The translations under genes and the position numbers were made by a program. Source: Candidatus Zixiibacteriota bacterium (GTDB lineage Bacteria; Zixibacteria; MSB-5A5; GN15; FEB-12). Taken from it: 14,666 nt of DNA. The notes below the pieces were generated by a model. That model did no database searches and had not been told where the DNA came from. It worked only from the letters and a program-made list of their open reading frames with translations. Below are positions 1 to 8,409 of this stretch, in pieces. Positions within the stretch are counted from its first letter, which is position 1. The number at the start of each line of letters is the position of its first letter. Location: assembly GCA_041742355.1 (NCBI GenBank), contig JBGSIV010000246.1, positions 1 through 14,666 of the forward strand, read 5' to 3'.

Positions 1-2
1 GC

Positions 3-1007
3 GGCACGAGCGACGGTACGCCGACGCCCGGCTCTCGTCGGGGCGGGGGGGCGACGCCGGTCGAGGCGCTGGTCATCCAGACCCAGCCTATCGAGAATAC
101 CATATTCACGACCGGTACCCTTCTGGCCAACGAGGAAGTCGAGTTGAAGCCGGAGATTTCCGGCCGGGTTACGAAGGTACACTTCGACGAAGGTGCGGCG
201 GTCGGGCGCGGAGACCTCCTGGTGAAGATCAACGATCAGGAATTGCAGGCCCAGCTCAAACGCAAGCAGTTCGAGGAGAAGCTGGCTGTCGATGAAGAAC
301 GCCGCGCCCGGGCGTTGTTCGACGCCAAGGGGATCACTCAGGAGGAGTATGATCGCATCGCCAGCAAGCTCGACATTGTCCGGGCCGAGGAAGAAGTGAT
401 TCAATCCCAGCTGGCCAAGACGGAGATCCGGGCGCCGTTCGACGGCAAGATCGGCCTGCGCTATATCAGTGAAGGTTCTGTCCTCTCCCCCGGCACGCTG
501 ATCGCGACGATGCAGGACACCGATCCGATCAAGGTCGAGTTTTCCATTCCCGAGAAGTACGCCGGCCTGTTGACTCCCGGCACCCCGATTACACTTCAGG
601 TAACCGAGAACCGGGAAGTGTATCAGGGTTCCGTGTACGCGGTCGAAGCCAAGGTCGATCCGGCCACCCGTACGCTCAAAGCCCGGGCGACCGCTCCCAA
701 TCCGAAGGGAGTGCTCATCCCCGGGGCATTCGCCAAGGTCGAGATTACCGTCGAGCGTATTGCCGACGCGGTCGTGATCCCCGCCGAGGCCCTCATCCCC
801 GAATTGGAGGGGGAGAAGGTATTCATCGCCGAGAATGGCACAGCCAGATCAGTCCGTGTCGTCACCGGCATCCGGAGCGAGAGGACAGTGCAGATCACAT
901 CCGGCCTCAAGCCGAACGACACCCTCATTCTCACCGGCCTGATGCAGCTCAATGACGGCAAGGCGGTGGAGCTGAAAACCAGGCCCGCGCCGGAAGTCAA
1001 ACCGTAA
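3..1007 (+). CDS. RND efflux periplasmic adaptor (membrane fusion protein, AcrA/HlyD family), 5' truncated by the window edge
   Basis: The frame is open from position 3 (…TPVEALVIQTQPIENTIFTTGTLLANEEVELKPEISGRV…). It has lipoyl-like halves (ISGRVTKVHFDEGAAVGRGDLL; IRAPFDGKIG), a coiled-coil hairpin and a beta-barrel (VDPATRTLKARA, LIPGAFAKV). It abuts the RND permease. Confidence 0.95.
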   Translation, partial: GTSDGTPTPGSRRGGGATPVEALVIQTQPIENTIFTTGTLLANEEVELKPEISGRVTKVHFDEGAAVGRGDLLVKINDQELQAQLKRKQFEEKLAVDEERRARALFDAKGITQEEYDRIASKLDIVRAEEEVIQSQLAKTEIRAPFDGKIGLRYISEGSVLSPGTLIATMQDTDPIKVEFSIPEKYAGLLTPGTPITLQVTENREVYQGSVYAVEAKVDPATRTLKARATAPNPKGVLIPGAFAKVEITVERIADAVVIPAEALIPELEGEKVFIAENGTARSVRVVTGIRSERTVQITSGLKPNDTLILTGLMQLNDGKAVELKTRPAPEVKP

Positions 1008-1008
1008 C

Positions 1009-4000
1009 GTGAACATATCAGCCCTCTGTATAGAACGGCCGGTGCTCGCCACCGTGTTGTCGATTCTGATCGTGCTTTTCGGTGCGATCGGTTTCCTATT
1101 CCTCGGCGTGCGTGAGTACCCCAGTGTCGATCCGCCGATCGTGACGGTCTCGACCAGCTACACGGGGGCCAATGCCGACGTCATCGAGTCGCAGATCACC
1201 GAACCGCTGGAGGAGTCGGTCAACGGCATCGCCGGCATCCGTTCGCTCACCTCGACCAGCCGCGACGGCCGCAGCACGATTACGGTCGAGTTTGAGCTGG
1301 GTGTCGATATGGAAGCGGCCGCCAATGATGTTCGCGACCGGGTGTCCCGGTCTCTGCGCAGCCTCCCGCCCGATGTCGACCCGCCCACGGTTTCGAAAGC
1401 CGACGCCGACGCAAGCAACATCCTCTCCATTACTGTGCAGAGTGATCGCAGAAGCCTGCTGGATCTTTCCGCGGTAGCGAACGATATCTTCAAGGAGCGC
1501 CTGCAGACCGTTCCGGGCGTGGCTGAAATCCGGATTTGGGGCGAGAAGCGCTACGCCATGCGCCTCAATATCGATCCGGTCCGGCTGGCCGCGCATGGCC
1601 TTACGCCGCTCGATGTCCGCAACGCTCTCAATCGGGAGAATGTCGAGCTTCCCTCGGGGCTCATCGAGGGCTACAATGTCGAGCTCTCTATCCGGACGTT
1701 CGGCCGTATGTCAACGGCCGCCGAGTTCAATGACCTGATTATCCGCGAGACCGACGGATCGGTGGTCAAACTCCGAGACATCGGGGAAGCGGTGCTCGCC
1801 CCGGAGAATGAGCGCACGATTCTGCGCGGCAACGGCGGCATTCCGATGGTCGGCGTGGCCATCACGCCGCAGCCCGGGTCGAACCACATCGCTATCGCCG
1901 ACGAGGTCTATCGCCGTGTCGAGCAGATCAAGCAGGAACTTCCGGAGGATATCCGGCTGAATGTCGCGATGGACACGACGGTCGGGATCCGCAAAGCGAT
2001 CACGGAGGTCGAGGAGACGATCCTCATCGCGTTTATTCTCGTGCTCCTCGTCATTTTCGTCTTCCTGCGCCACTGGCGCACCACAATTATCCCCATGCTG
2101 GCGATCCCGATCTCGCTGGTCGGCACCTTTTTTATCATGTACGCGGCCGGCTTCTCGATCAACATCCTGACCCTGCTGGGGATCGTGCTTTCCACCGGCA
2201 TTGTGGTCGACGACGCCATCGTAGTGCTGGAGAATATCTACAAGAAGATCGAGGATGGGATGCCGCCGCACGAAGCCGGGCATCGAGGGTCGAAGGAGAT
2301 TTACTTCGCCATCATCTCCACGACCATTACGCTCGCGTCGGTCTTTCTGCCGATCATTTTTCTGCAGGGGTTGACCGGGCGCCTTTTCCGCGAATTCGGC
2401 ATTGTGGTCGCCGGCTCCGTGCTCATCTCCGCCTTCGTCTCCCTGACTCTCACCCCGATGATGGCCGCCCGCTTCCTTCACAAGAGCAGCCACGAGAACC
2501 GCTTCTTCCTCTGGAGCGAACGGATGTTCAACCGGCTGTCCGAGAACTACCGGAGGCAGCTAACCCGGTACATTCGCCGACGCTGGCTGGCCCTGGTCAT
2601 CATGGCCGGTTCGCTGGCGCTGATCGTAGGGGTCGGCGCCCTGATCCCCGCGGAACTCGCCCCCATGGAGGACAGGAGCCGGCTTGTCGTCAATGCCACC
2701 GCGCCGGAGGGTACCTCATATGAAGCGATGCGCAATTACATCGGGCGTATAATCAATATTGTGGATACGCTGCCGGAACGGGACGTCATCCTGTCGGTGA
2801 CCGCTCCCGGTTTCGGCGGCTCGGGTTCGGTCAACAGCGGCTTTGTCCGGATGAATCTGGTGCCGCCCGACCAGCGCACCCGCACCCAGCAGGAAATCGC
2901 CGATCAACTCATGGCCCGCCTTCGTTCCGAGACGTTTGCCCGGGCGTTTGTCACGCAGGAGCAGACGATTGGCGGCGGCCGGGGCTCCGGGCTTCCGGTG
3001 CAGTATGTCATCCAGGCTCCGACCATGGAGAAGCTCCGGGAAGTGATCCCCCCGTTCATGGATCGGGCGCAGGCCGATTCGACTTTCCAGATTGTGGATC
3101 TCAACCTCAAGTTCAACAAACCCGAGCTGACGGTTGAGATCGATCGCGCGCGCGCCCGCGCCCTGGGCATCACTGTCCGTGATATCGCCGAGACCCTGCA
3201 GCTCTATTTCAGCGGCCAGCGGTACGGTTTCTTCATTTTCAACGGCAAGCAGTATCCCGTTATCGCGCAGGCCAACCGTTCCAACCGGGATGAACCGATC
3301 GATCTGAGCTCCCTGTATGTTCGCAATACGCGTGATGAGCTGATTCAGCTCGACAATGTCGTGACTCTCTCCTACCGCAGCAGCCCGCCGCAGCTCTACC
3401 GGTACAACCGTTATGTGGCCGCGACTGTCAGCGCCTCGCCGGCCCCCGGCTATACGCTCGGGCAGGCGATCGAGGCCATGGATGCCATTGCCGAGGATGT
3501 CCTCGACGAGTCTTTCTCGACTACTCTCGCCGGCACCGCCAAGGAGTACGCCGAGAGCTCCAACACGCTGCTGTTCGCCTTCCTTTTGGCGCTGATCCTG
3601 GTGTACCTGATCCTTTCCGCGCAGTTTGAGAGTTTCCGCGACCCGCTGATTATCATGCTCACGGTGCCGCTGGCTCTTGCCGGCGCGGTGTTGTCGCTGT
3701 GGTTGTTCGGGCAGACGCTGAATATTTTCAGCCAGATCGGGATTATCGCTCTCGTCGGTATTGTAACGAAGAACGGTATCCTGATTGTCGAATTTGCCAA
3801 CCAGCGGCGCGAACAGGGGTTGGCCCTGACCGAGGCTGTGATTGATGCCGCGGCCCAGCGGTTCCGTCCCATTCTTATGACCAGTCTTGCGACGGTGTTT
3901 GGGGTGCTGCCGATCGCGCTGGCTCTCGGCGCCGCCGCCCGGAGCCGTGTCTCGATGGGGATCGTGATCATCGGCGGGCTGCTCTTTTCGCTCGGGCTGA

Positions 4001-4101
4001 CCCTTTTCGTGATTCCGGCGCTGTACACTTACCTGTCATCGAAGAAAGCCCGGACGGCACTGCCGAAAGAGATCGAGGAACCCCGGCCCGAGCCGGTGTA
4101 A
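1009..4101 (+). CDS. RND efflux transporter permease (AcrB/AcrD/AcrF family), 1030 aa
   Basis: N-terminus is CIERPVLATVLS…VREYPSVDPP. Proton-relay motifs GIVVDDAIVV, TKNGILIVEFA and RFRPILMTS are present. The hydrophobic pattern fits 12 TM helices with two large periplasmic loops. Confidence 0.97.
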   Translation: MNISALCIERPVLATVLSILIVLFGAIGFLFLGVREYPSVDPPIVTVSTSYTGANADVIESQITEPLEESVNGIAGIRSLTSTSRDGRSTITVEFELGVDMEAAANDVRDRVSRSLRSLPPDVDPPTVSKADADASNILSITVQSDRRSLLDLSAVANDIFKERLQTVPGVAEIRIWGEKRYAMRLNIDPVRLAAHGLTPLDVRNALNRENVELPSGLIEGYNVELSIRTFGRMSTAAEFNDLIIRETDGSVVKLRDIGEAVLAPENERTILRGNGGIPMVGVAITPQPGSNHIAIADEVYRRVEQIKQELPEDIRLNVAMDTTVGIRKAITEVEETILIAFILVLLVIFVFLRHWRTTIIPMLAIPISLVGTFFIMYAAGFSINILTLLGIVLSTGIVVDDAIVVLENIYKKIEDGMPPHEAGHRGSKEIYFAIISTTITLASVFLPIIFLQGLTGRLFREFGIVVAGSVLISAFVSLTLTPMMAARFLHKSSHENRFFLWSERMFNRLSENYRRQLTRYIRRRWLALVIMAGSLALIVGVGALIPAELAPMEDRSRLVVNATAPEGTSYEAMRNYIGRIINIVDTLPERDVILSVTAPGFGGSGSVNSGFVRMNLVPPDQRTRTQQEIADQLMARLRSETFARAFVTQEQTIGGGRGSGLPVQYVIQAPTMEKLREVIPPFMDRAQADSTFQIVDLNLKFNKPELTVEIDRARARALGITVRDIAETLQLYFSGQRYGFFIFNGKQYPVIAQANRSNRDEPIDLSSLYVRNTRDELIQLDNVVTLSYRSSPPQLYRYNRYVAATVSASPAPGYTLGQAIEAMDAIAEDVLDESFSTTLAGTAKEYAESSNTLLFAFLLALILVYLILSAQFESFRDPLIIMLTVPLALAGAVLSLWLFGQTLNIFSQIGIIALVGIVTKNGILIVEFANQRREQGLALTEAVIDAAAQRFRPILMTSLATVFGVLPIALALGAAARSRVSMGIVIIGGLLFSLGLTLFVIPALYTYLSSKKARTALPKEIEEPRPEPV

Positions 4102-4207
4102 GCGAGCGGCTGTACTCTGTCGCGAGGCGCCGCCTGACTCCATATTTTTCACAGGTTTTTCCAACACAGACGTCATGTAAGCTCCCCGGCGAGCGTCCTA
4201 ACCGCGA

Positions 4208-4750
4208 ATGACAAACGACCGAGGGTTGTTCTGGAGACTGGCCGAACCCGAGATGACGCGGGCTAACCTCTTCTGCCGCAAACTGACGGGGAGCCGCGAC
4301 GAGGGGGACGACCTCTTCCAGGACGGCCTGGTCACCGCCCTGACCAAATTTGCCGACCTGCGCGACCACGCGGCGTTCCGGGGATGGCTGTACCGGATCC
4401 TGATCAACACGTACCGCAGCCGGATGCGGCTCAAATGGTGGCGCCGACTGGCGCCGTTGACCGAGCCTATGGAGTCCACCCTGCCCGGTGATGATCCCGG
4501 TGAACGGTACACTGCGCGGCGCCGGCTGGAGCGCGGATTTCGGGTGCTGACACATGAGGATCGCACGCTGATCGTGCTTCACGAACTTGAGGGATGGCCG
4601 CTGGCCGAATTGGCGGCTGTCTACGGCAAGTCCGAAGGAGCGCTGGCTGCCCGCCTCGCCCGCGCCCGGAAGAAACTGAGGGAACGGCTGGATCCGGGGA
4701 TCACCACGATTCGCAAACCGGATCCGTCGCCCGTGGAGGAGGACCGATGA
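4208..4750 (+). CDS. ECF-type RNA polymerase sigma-70 factor
   Basis: 180 aa. Region 2: GDDLFQDGLVTAL…FRGWLYRILIN. Region 4 HTH: LIVLHELEGWPLAELAAVYGKSEGALAARLARARKKL. Confidence 0.92.
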   Translation: MTNDRGLFWRLAEPEMTRANLFCRKLTGSRDEGDDLFQDGLVTALTKFADLRDHAAFRGWLYRILINTYRSRMRLKWWRRLAPLTEPMESTLPGDDPGERYTARRRLERGFRVLTHEDRTLIVLHELEGWPLAELAAVYGKSEGALAARLARARKKLRERLDPGITTIRKPDPSPVEEDR

Positions 4751-5343
4751 ACTGCCGCGAAGTACAGGATTATCTGAACGGCCTGCGAGGGGTCGACTGC
4801 ATCGATGATGATCCAGCGGTCGGCGCTCACCTCGCTGTGTGCCCGACCTGCGCGGCCGCGGCCGAGAAGACACGGCGGCTGCAACAGGTCTTGCAGGCAG
4901 CGTCAATCGACGATCCCGATCGGTTGAAATCACCGGCCGCCCACCGGGTCGAGGTGGCCGCTCGCCTGACCCAAAGTCAGGCCGGGCAGCATCGGCATCG
5001 CCGTCAGTTCGCTGTCGGTTCGGTCATGGTTACCGCCCTTGTTCTGATCGGTCTCTTCGCGCCGCTTCGGCATGAACCGGTCGATGGTTACAGGATGTCG
5101 GTTGACGGTGTCAGTGTTGAACTGGCCGGGGATCATGAGCGCCTGTGCGACATGCTCTTCGCCCTCGGCGCGGTCAACGCCGGGGTCGATGTCGGCGCGT
5201 GCGATACGACCTGCACCGTGGTGATCTTCGACCTGCGCACGCGGGACGAGGCCCGGCTGGTGGAGGCCGCTATCCGCAACCTGAGCCCGGGGGACGTTAC
5301 GGTCGATGTCATTCCCGTGAGGTACCGTTCGGCTGAAAGCTGA
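4747..5343 (+). CDS. Zinc-binding anti-sigma factor (zf-HC2/ZAS) with one TM helix and an extracytoplasmic C-terminal domain
   Basis: ATG overlaps the sigma factor stop codon (ATGA, 4747-4750). MNCREVQDYL…HLAVCPTC matches the ZAS HxxxCxxC motif. TM segment FAVGSVMVTALVLIGLFAPL. Confidence 0.88.
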   Translation: MNCREVQDYLNGLRGVDCIDDDPAVGAHLAVCPTCAAAAEKTRRLQQVLQAASIDDPDRLKSPAAHRVEVAARLTQSQAGQHRHRRQFAVGSVMVTALVLIGLFAPLRHEPVDGYRMSVDGVSVELAGDHERLCDMLFALGAVNAGVDVGACDTTCTVVIFDLRTRDEARLVEAAIRNLSPGDVTVDVIPVRYRSAES

Positions 5344-5404
5344 TCGGGCGAGAACACCGGTGCGCTGCGGCGTCCGGTCCACTCCACTGAAGGAGAAGAT
5401 GAAC

Positions 5405-6136
5405 ATGCTGACACGACTGGTACTCAGCGCGAGCCTGGTCCTGAGTCTGACCCTGATCGCTCCGGTTGCCTATTCCGCGCCGGCCGCCGTGGTCGACGAA
5501 ACCGCCTTTGATTTCGGCTATGTCCCCCAGCAGGCGAAGATCTCGCACGTTTTCAAGATCAGGTCGGTTGGGGACGATACTTTGAAGATCATGCAGGTGG
5601 TTCCCGGCTGCGGTTGCACCAAGGCGCCGCTCGAGAAATCTGATTTGGCCCCCGGGGAGAGCACGAACCTCGAGGTTGTTTTCAGCACCGGGGCCTACCA
5701 GGGACGGGTTTCCAAGCATCCGAAGTTCGTGACCAACGAGACATCCCCGGAGCACAAGCTGGAGTTTTTGTCCACTGTCCTCGTTCGGCCGGATTCCAGC
5801 TATCCGCTGGTGATTCAGCCGCGCATTCTCGACTTTTCCGGCGGTGGGGCAGATGCCCCGGGAACGCTGACGGTGCGCCTCACTAATGTCTCGGAGTCGG
5901 CTGTCAGTCCCAGTCTGATCGAGACCCCGGCGGGGTTGTTTGAGATTGTACTTCCCGGGTCGATTCCCGCCGGTGGCAGCGCTGAGGCGACCATTCGGCT
6001 GAGCGATGATGCCCGCGCGTCGTTCGAGAAGTCGTTCACGTTCCAGTTAAACGATGCGCAGGCCTCGAGATATACGGTTCCGGTCAAAAGGACTGCCGCC
6101 GCAAGTCCCGCTCCGGCGGCGCCGGTTGGCCAGTAG
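5405..6136 (+). CDS. Secreted DUF1573 (Ig-like) domain protein
   Basis: AGGAG at 5391-5395 precedes ATG 5405 (alternative ATG 5399). Signal peptide MLTRLVLSASLVLSLTLIAPVAYSA. DUF1573 signature FDFGYV…HVFKIRSVGDDTLKI…PGCGCT…LAPGES, followed by a second Ig-like segment. Confidence 0.85.
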   Translation: MLTRLVLSASLVLSLTLIAPVAYSAPAAVVDETAFDFGYVPQQAKISHVFKIRSVGDDTLKIMQVVPGCGCTKAPLEKSDLAPGESTNLEVVFSTGAYQGRVSKHPKFVTNETSPEHKLEFLSTVLVRPDSSYPLVIQPRILDFSGGGADAPGTLTVRLTNVSESAVSPSLIETPAGLFEIVLPGSIPAGGSAEATIRLSDDARASFEKSFTFQLNDAQASRYTVPVKRTAAASPAPAAPVGQ

Positions 6137-6162
6137 CCATCCAGCGAGGCGATCAAATCGAC

Positions 6163-6194
6163 GAGACCCCGCCGATCCACAGGCGGGGTTTCTT
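6163..6194 (+). terminator. Probable intrinsic terminator after the DUF1573 gene
   Basis: Stem GAGACCCCGCC / GGCGGGGTTTC with an 8-nt loop, followed by a short T-rich tract. Confidence 0.6.
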
Positions 6195-6357
6195 GTCAGC
6201 TGGGGCTTCTTTTTCAGAGACAGAGGGACTTCTGGGATTCGTTACGGGCGTAGATCCTGGGGTGATCCATTTATGGAACATACTGGCGACTATTACGTTA
6301 GAAAGTTCGCTGGCGGGAATTGGCGGCGGGCAGGGGTGAAAATAATCCTGAAGCCGA

Positions 6358-6386
6358 TTGAATAATTGCCGATCTCAGCGTATACT
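6358..6386 (+). promoter_or_regulatory. Putative sigma70 promoter of ssrA
   Basis: TTGAAT (6358-6363), 17-bp spacer, TATACT (6381-6386), about 60 nt upstream of the tmRNA 5' end. Confidence 0.6.
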
Positions 6387-6448
6387 GTAGTTGACAGCTC
6401 CAAAGCGGGCGGATGGTGAGTTGGACACTATCCGTGCCGATCGAAATC

Positions 6449-6817
6449 GGGGGTGACTTGGTTTCGACGGGTTTAGCGAGGAGTTGCTGGCGTGCCGGGG
6501 ATGTCTGGAACCCCGTTACCAATTCAGGCAAACCAATAATTGGCGAATCCAATTATGCCATGGCTGCCTAAGCTACAAAACGCTTAGGTTAACAGCCCGT
6601 CGCACCCGGTTGAGCCTCTTGGGCCGGGAATCGCGGCGTCGATAACGAGGGGATCGGCCTGTTGATGTCTCTAAGGCAGGCTTAAAATTCGGAGGCTGGC
6701 ATTGAACGTGGCCTGTCGGTCGGCAGCGTTCAGGGCGAGAACTTATAGACTGACTACGCACGTAGTTCGGCGGCTTGGCGTTGAATTCGGACGGGGGTTC
6801 GATTCCCCCCACCTCCA
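6449..6817 (+). ncRNA. ssrA: tmRNA (transfer-messenger RNA)
   Basis: 5' end GGGGGTGACTTGGTTTCGACGGG. The acceptor stem GGGGGTG/CACCTCC has the G3-U alanine identity pair and discriminator A6817. T-arm GGGGG-TTCGATT-CCCCC. The tag reading frame 6542-6571 encodes GESNYAMAA*. Confidence 0.97.
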
Positions 6818-6820
6818 ATT
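6792..6820 (+). repeat. att core, left copy: 29-bp direct repeat of the tmRNA 3' end
   Basis: CGGGGGTTCGATTCCCCCCACCTCCAATT, identical to 13913-13941. Confidence 0.95.
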
Positions 6821-6902
6821 TATTGTCTCCCTTTAAGTTACCGTGGCACAAGGGGTAGGACGAATTGCCTATTCCCCCGTCCCCTCATGTCCCACAACGA
6901 AT

Positions 6903-6915
6903 TATCAACAACTTA
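6903..6915 (+). promoter_or_regulatory. IHF-consensus site in the island left arm
   Basis: TATCAACAACTTA is an exact match to WATCAANNNNTTR, and lies between the att core and the GTCAC arm repeats. Confidence 0.6.
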
Positions 6916-6926
6916 CGAGGACGATG

Positions 6927-6946
6927 GTCACGATTTGGTCACAGTG
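6927..6946 (+). repeat. Putative integrase arm-type site, copy A
   Basis: GTCACGATTTGGTCACAGTG, a tandem GTCAC with 11-bp period. It is 18/20 identical to 13863-13882 and to 14060-14079. Confidence 0.7.
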
Positions 6947-7242
6947 GGTTTGTTATTATTGATAGATAATGCCACGTTCGGCGTGTCTGGTCTAGTGGCC
7001 AACAGATAGGATTCTAAATGAGGAGTTGACCGAGCTTGAGTCTCGACTCCTCATCACTATACTCTATACTCTCGACGAATTCCAGAATAGGTCGCACACG
7101 ACGCCAGGAAGTATTGCGGAGACTTTGAACTTCACCCAAATTGGACGTCACACTGTGCCCGCTCTTTGATCCGGGGCAAAGAACCTGGCAGTGCTCTTGT
7201 CGATGTCTCGACATGACACTGATATTGACTATTATTCAACTA

Positions 7243-7260
7243 TTGTGAATACTATCACAA
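7243..7260. promoter_or_regulatory. Rex-operator / CRP-FNR-family palindrome upstream of the peroxidase-porin operon
   Basis: TTGTGAATACTATCACAA has one mismatch to the Rex consensus TTGTGAAnnnnTTCACAA and contains a perfect TGTGA-N6-TCACA. It lies just downstream of TTGACT (7225-7230). Confidence 0.7.
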
Positions 7261-7327
7261 AGCGATCGTAGCCGCATGTTCTTTTCAGGAGCGGGTAATT
7301 TGGCCCGTTAGGAAAGGAAGGGATGAC

Positions 7328-8398
7328 ATGAGAAAACTTGCCGCCGCATTTTTTATCGCCGGGATGCTATTTTGCTCTTTGCTCTTAGCTGCCGACAATT
7401 CGGCACCGGCGCTTACGACAGTGAGCGCTCATTCTCTGGGACCGGAGCGACTCGGAAATCTGCCACCGGTTCTGGTACCGGGTAATAATCCCCAGACTGA
7501 TGCGAAAATCTTATTGGGTAAACAGCTCTATTTTGATACGCGCCTGTCCAAAGATAATACCATCAGTTGCGCGACCTGCCATGATCCTGCGCTGGGTTGG
7601 TCCGACGCCGGCCCGACAAGCTCAGGAATAAATAGTCAGCGTGGGGGACGACGAGCGCCACCCGTGTCAAATGCGGCACACAGCCCGCTCCAGTTTTGGG
7701 ATGGGCGGGCCCCAAGTCTCGAAGAACAAGCCAAGGGGCCGATCGCCAACCCCATTGAAATGGGGAATACGCACGACGCGATGCTTCGTACTGTTGACCA
7801 CCTCCCGGGCTATGTTGATGCGTTTAGGAAGGTCTTTGGTGATGTCCCAATTACGATTGACTTGGTTGCTCAAGCTATAGCGGCTTATGAGCGGACCATA
7901 GTGACTACTGACTCTCCATTCGATCGGTTTGTGCGTGGCGATCAAACCGCTCTGACCAAGCAGGAGAGAAGCGGGCTGGAGATCTTTAACGGCAAAGGGC
8001 GTTGCACCCTCTGCCACTGGGGCGGGTATTTTAGCGATGGTCGCTTTCACAATCTGGGTGTTGCGCCCGCACCCGGAGAGAAGCCGGATGAAGGGCGTCA
8101 AGCTGTAACCAAGGATCCTCTTGATGCAGGCAAGTTCAAGACGCCAACGGTGCGGGATGCGTCCAAACGTCCTCCCTATATGCACAACGGTACTGAAGCT
8201 TCTCTGCTCGATGTTGTACGTCTCTACAATCGCGGTGGCGGCACAGACGATGCGAACCTCGATCCGCTAATGTTCCCGCTGGGACTCTCTCACCGGGAGA
8301 TAGAGGCTTTGGTGGCTTTCATGAGTAGAGCCATGGTCAGCACAAATCCATCGGTAGCCAGCGAAAAGCCGGTTGCACCCGAAGAACTACCGAAGTGA
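7328..8398 (+). CDS. Periplasmic di-heme cytochrome c peroxidase, bCcP/MauG superfamily (MauG-like)
   Basis: Signal peptide. Heme motifs CATCH (aa 81-85) and CTLCH (aa 226-230). Family motifs LGKQLYFDTRLS, QFWDGRAPSLEEQAKGP and GKFKTPTVR…PYMHNG. Confidence 0.93.
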   Translation: MRKLAAAFFIAGMLFCSLLLAADNSAPALTTVSAHSLGPERLGNLPPVLVPGNNPQTDAKILLGKQLYFDTRLSKDNTISCATCHDPALGWSDAGPTSSGINSQRGGRRAPPVSNAAHSPLQFWDGRAPSLEEQAKGPIANPIEMGNTHDAMLRTVDHLPGYVDAFRKVFGDVPITIDLVAQAIAAYERTIVTTDSPFDRFVRGDQTALTKQERSGLEIFNGKGRCTLCHWGGYFSDGRFHNLGVAPAPGEKPDEGRQAVTKDPLDAGKFKTPTVRDASKRPPYMHNGTEASLLDVVRLYNRGGGTDDANLDPLMFPLGLSHREIEALVAFMSRAMVSTNPSVASEKPVAPEELPK

Positions 8399-8409
8399 AG
8401 GAGACCATC

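Noticed and set aside
4594..4746. N-terminal extension of the anti-sigma ORF given in the ORF track
   Set aside because: It overlaps the sigma factor gene by ~150 bp. The ATGA-coupled start at 4747 gives a canonical ZAS N-terminus.
623..6180. Many long antisense or alternate-frame ORFs (e.g. 1711-2493, 3450-4028, 3968-4933)
   Set aside because: Shadow ORFs of high-GC genes with strong family motifs on the + strand, and no independent motifs of their own.
6573..6851. 92-aa minus-strand ORF (…EVGGIEPPS…)
   Set aside because: Antisense to tmRNA; the GGIEPPS text is the usual translation artefact of a reversed T-arm.
7014..7214. 66-aa minus-strand ORF in the island left spacer
   Set aside because: No recognisable motif or clear RBS; cannot be supported as a gene or an excisionase.
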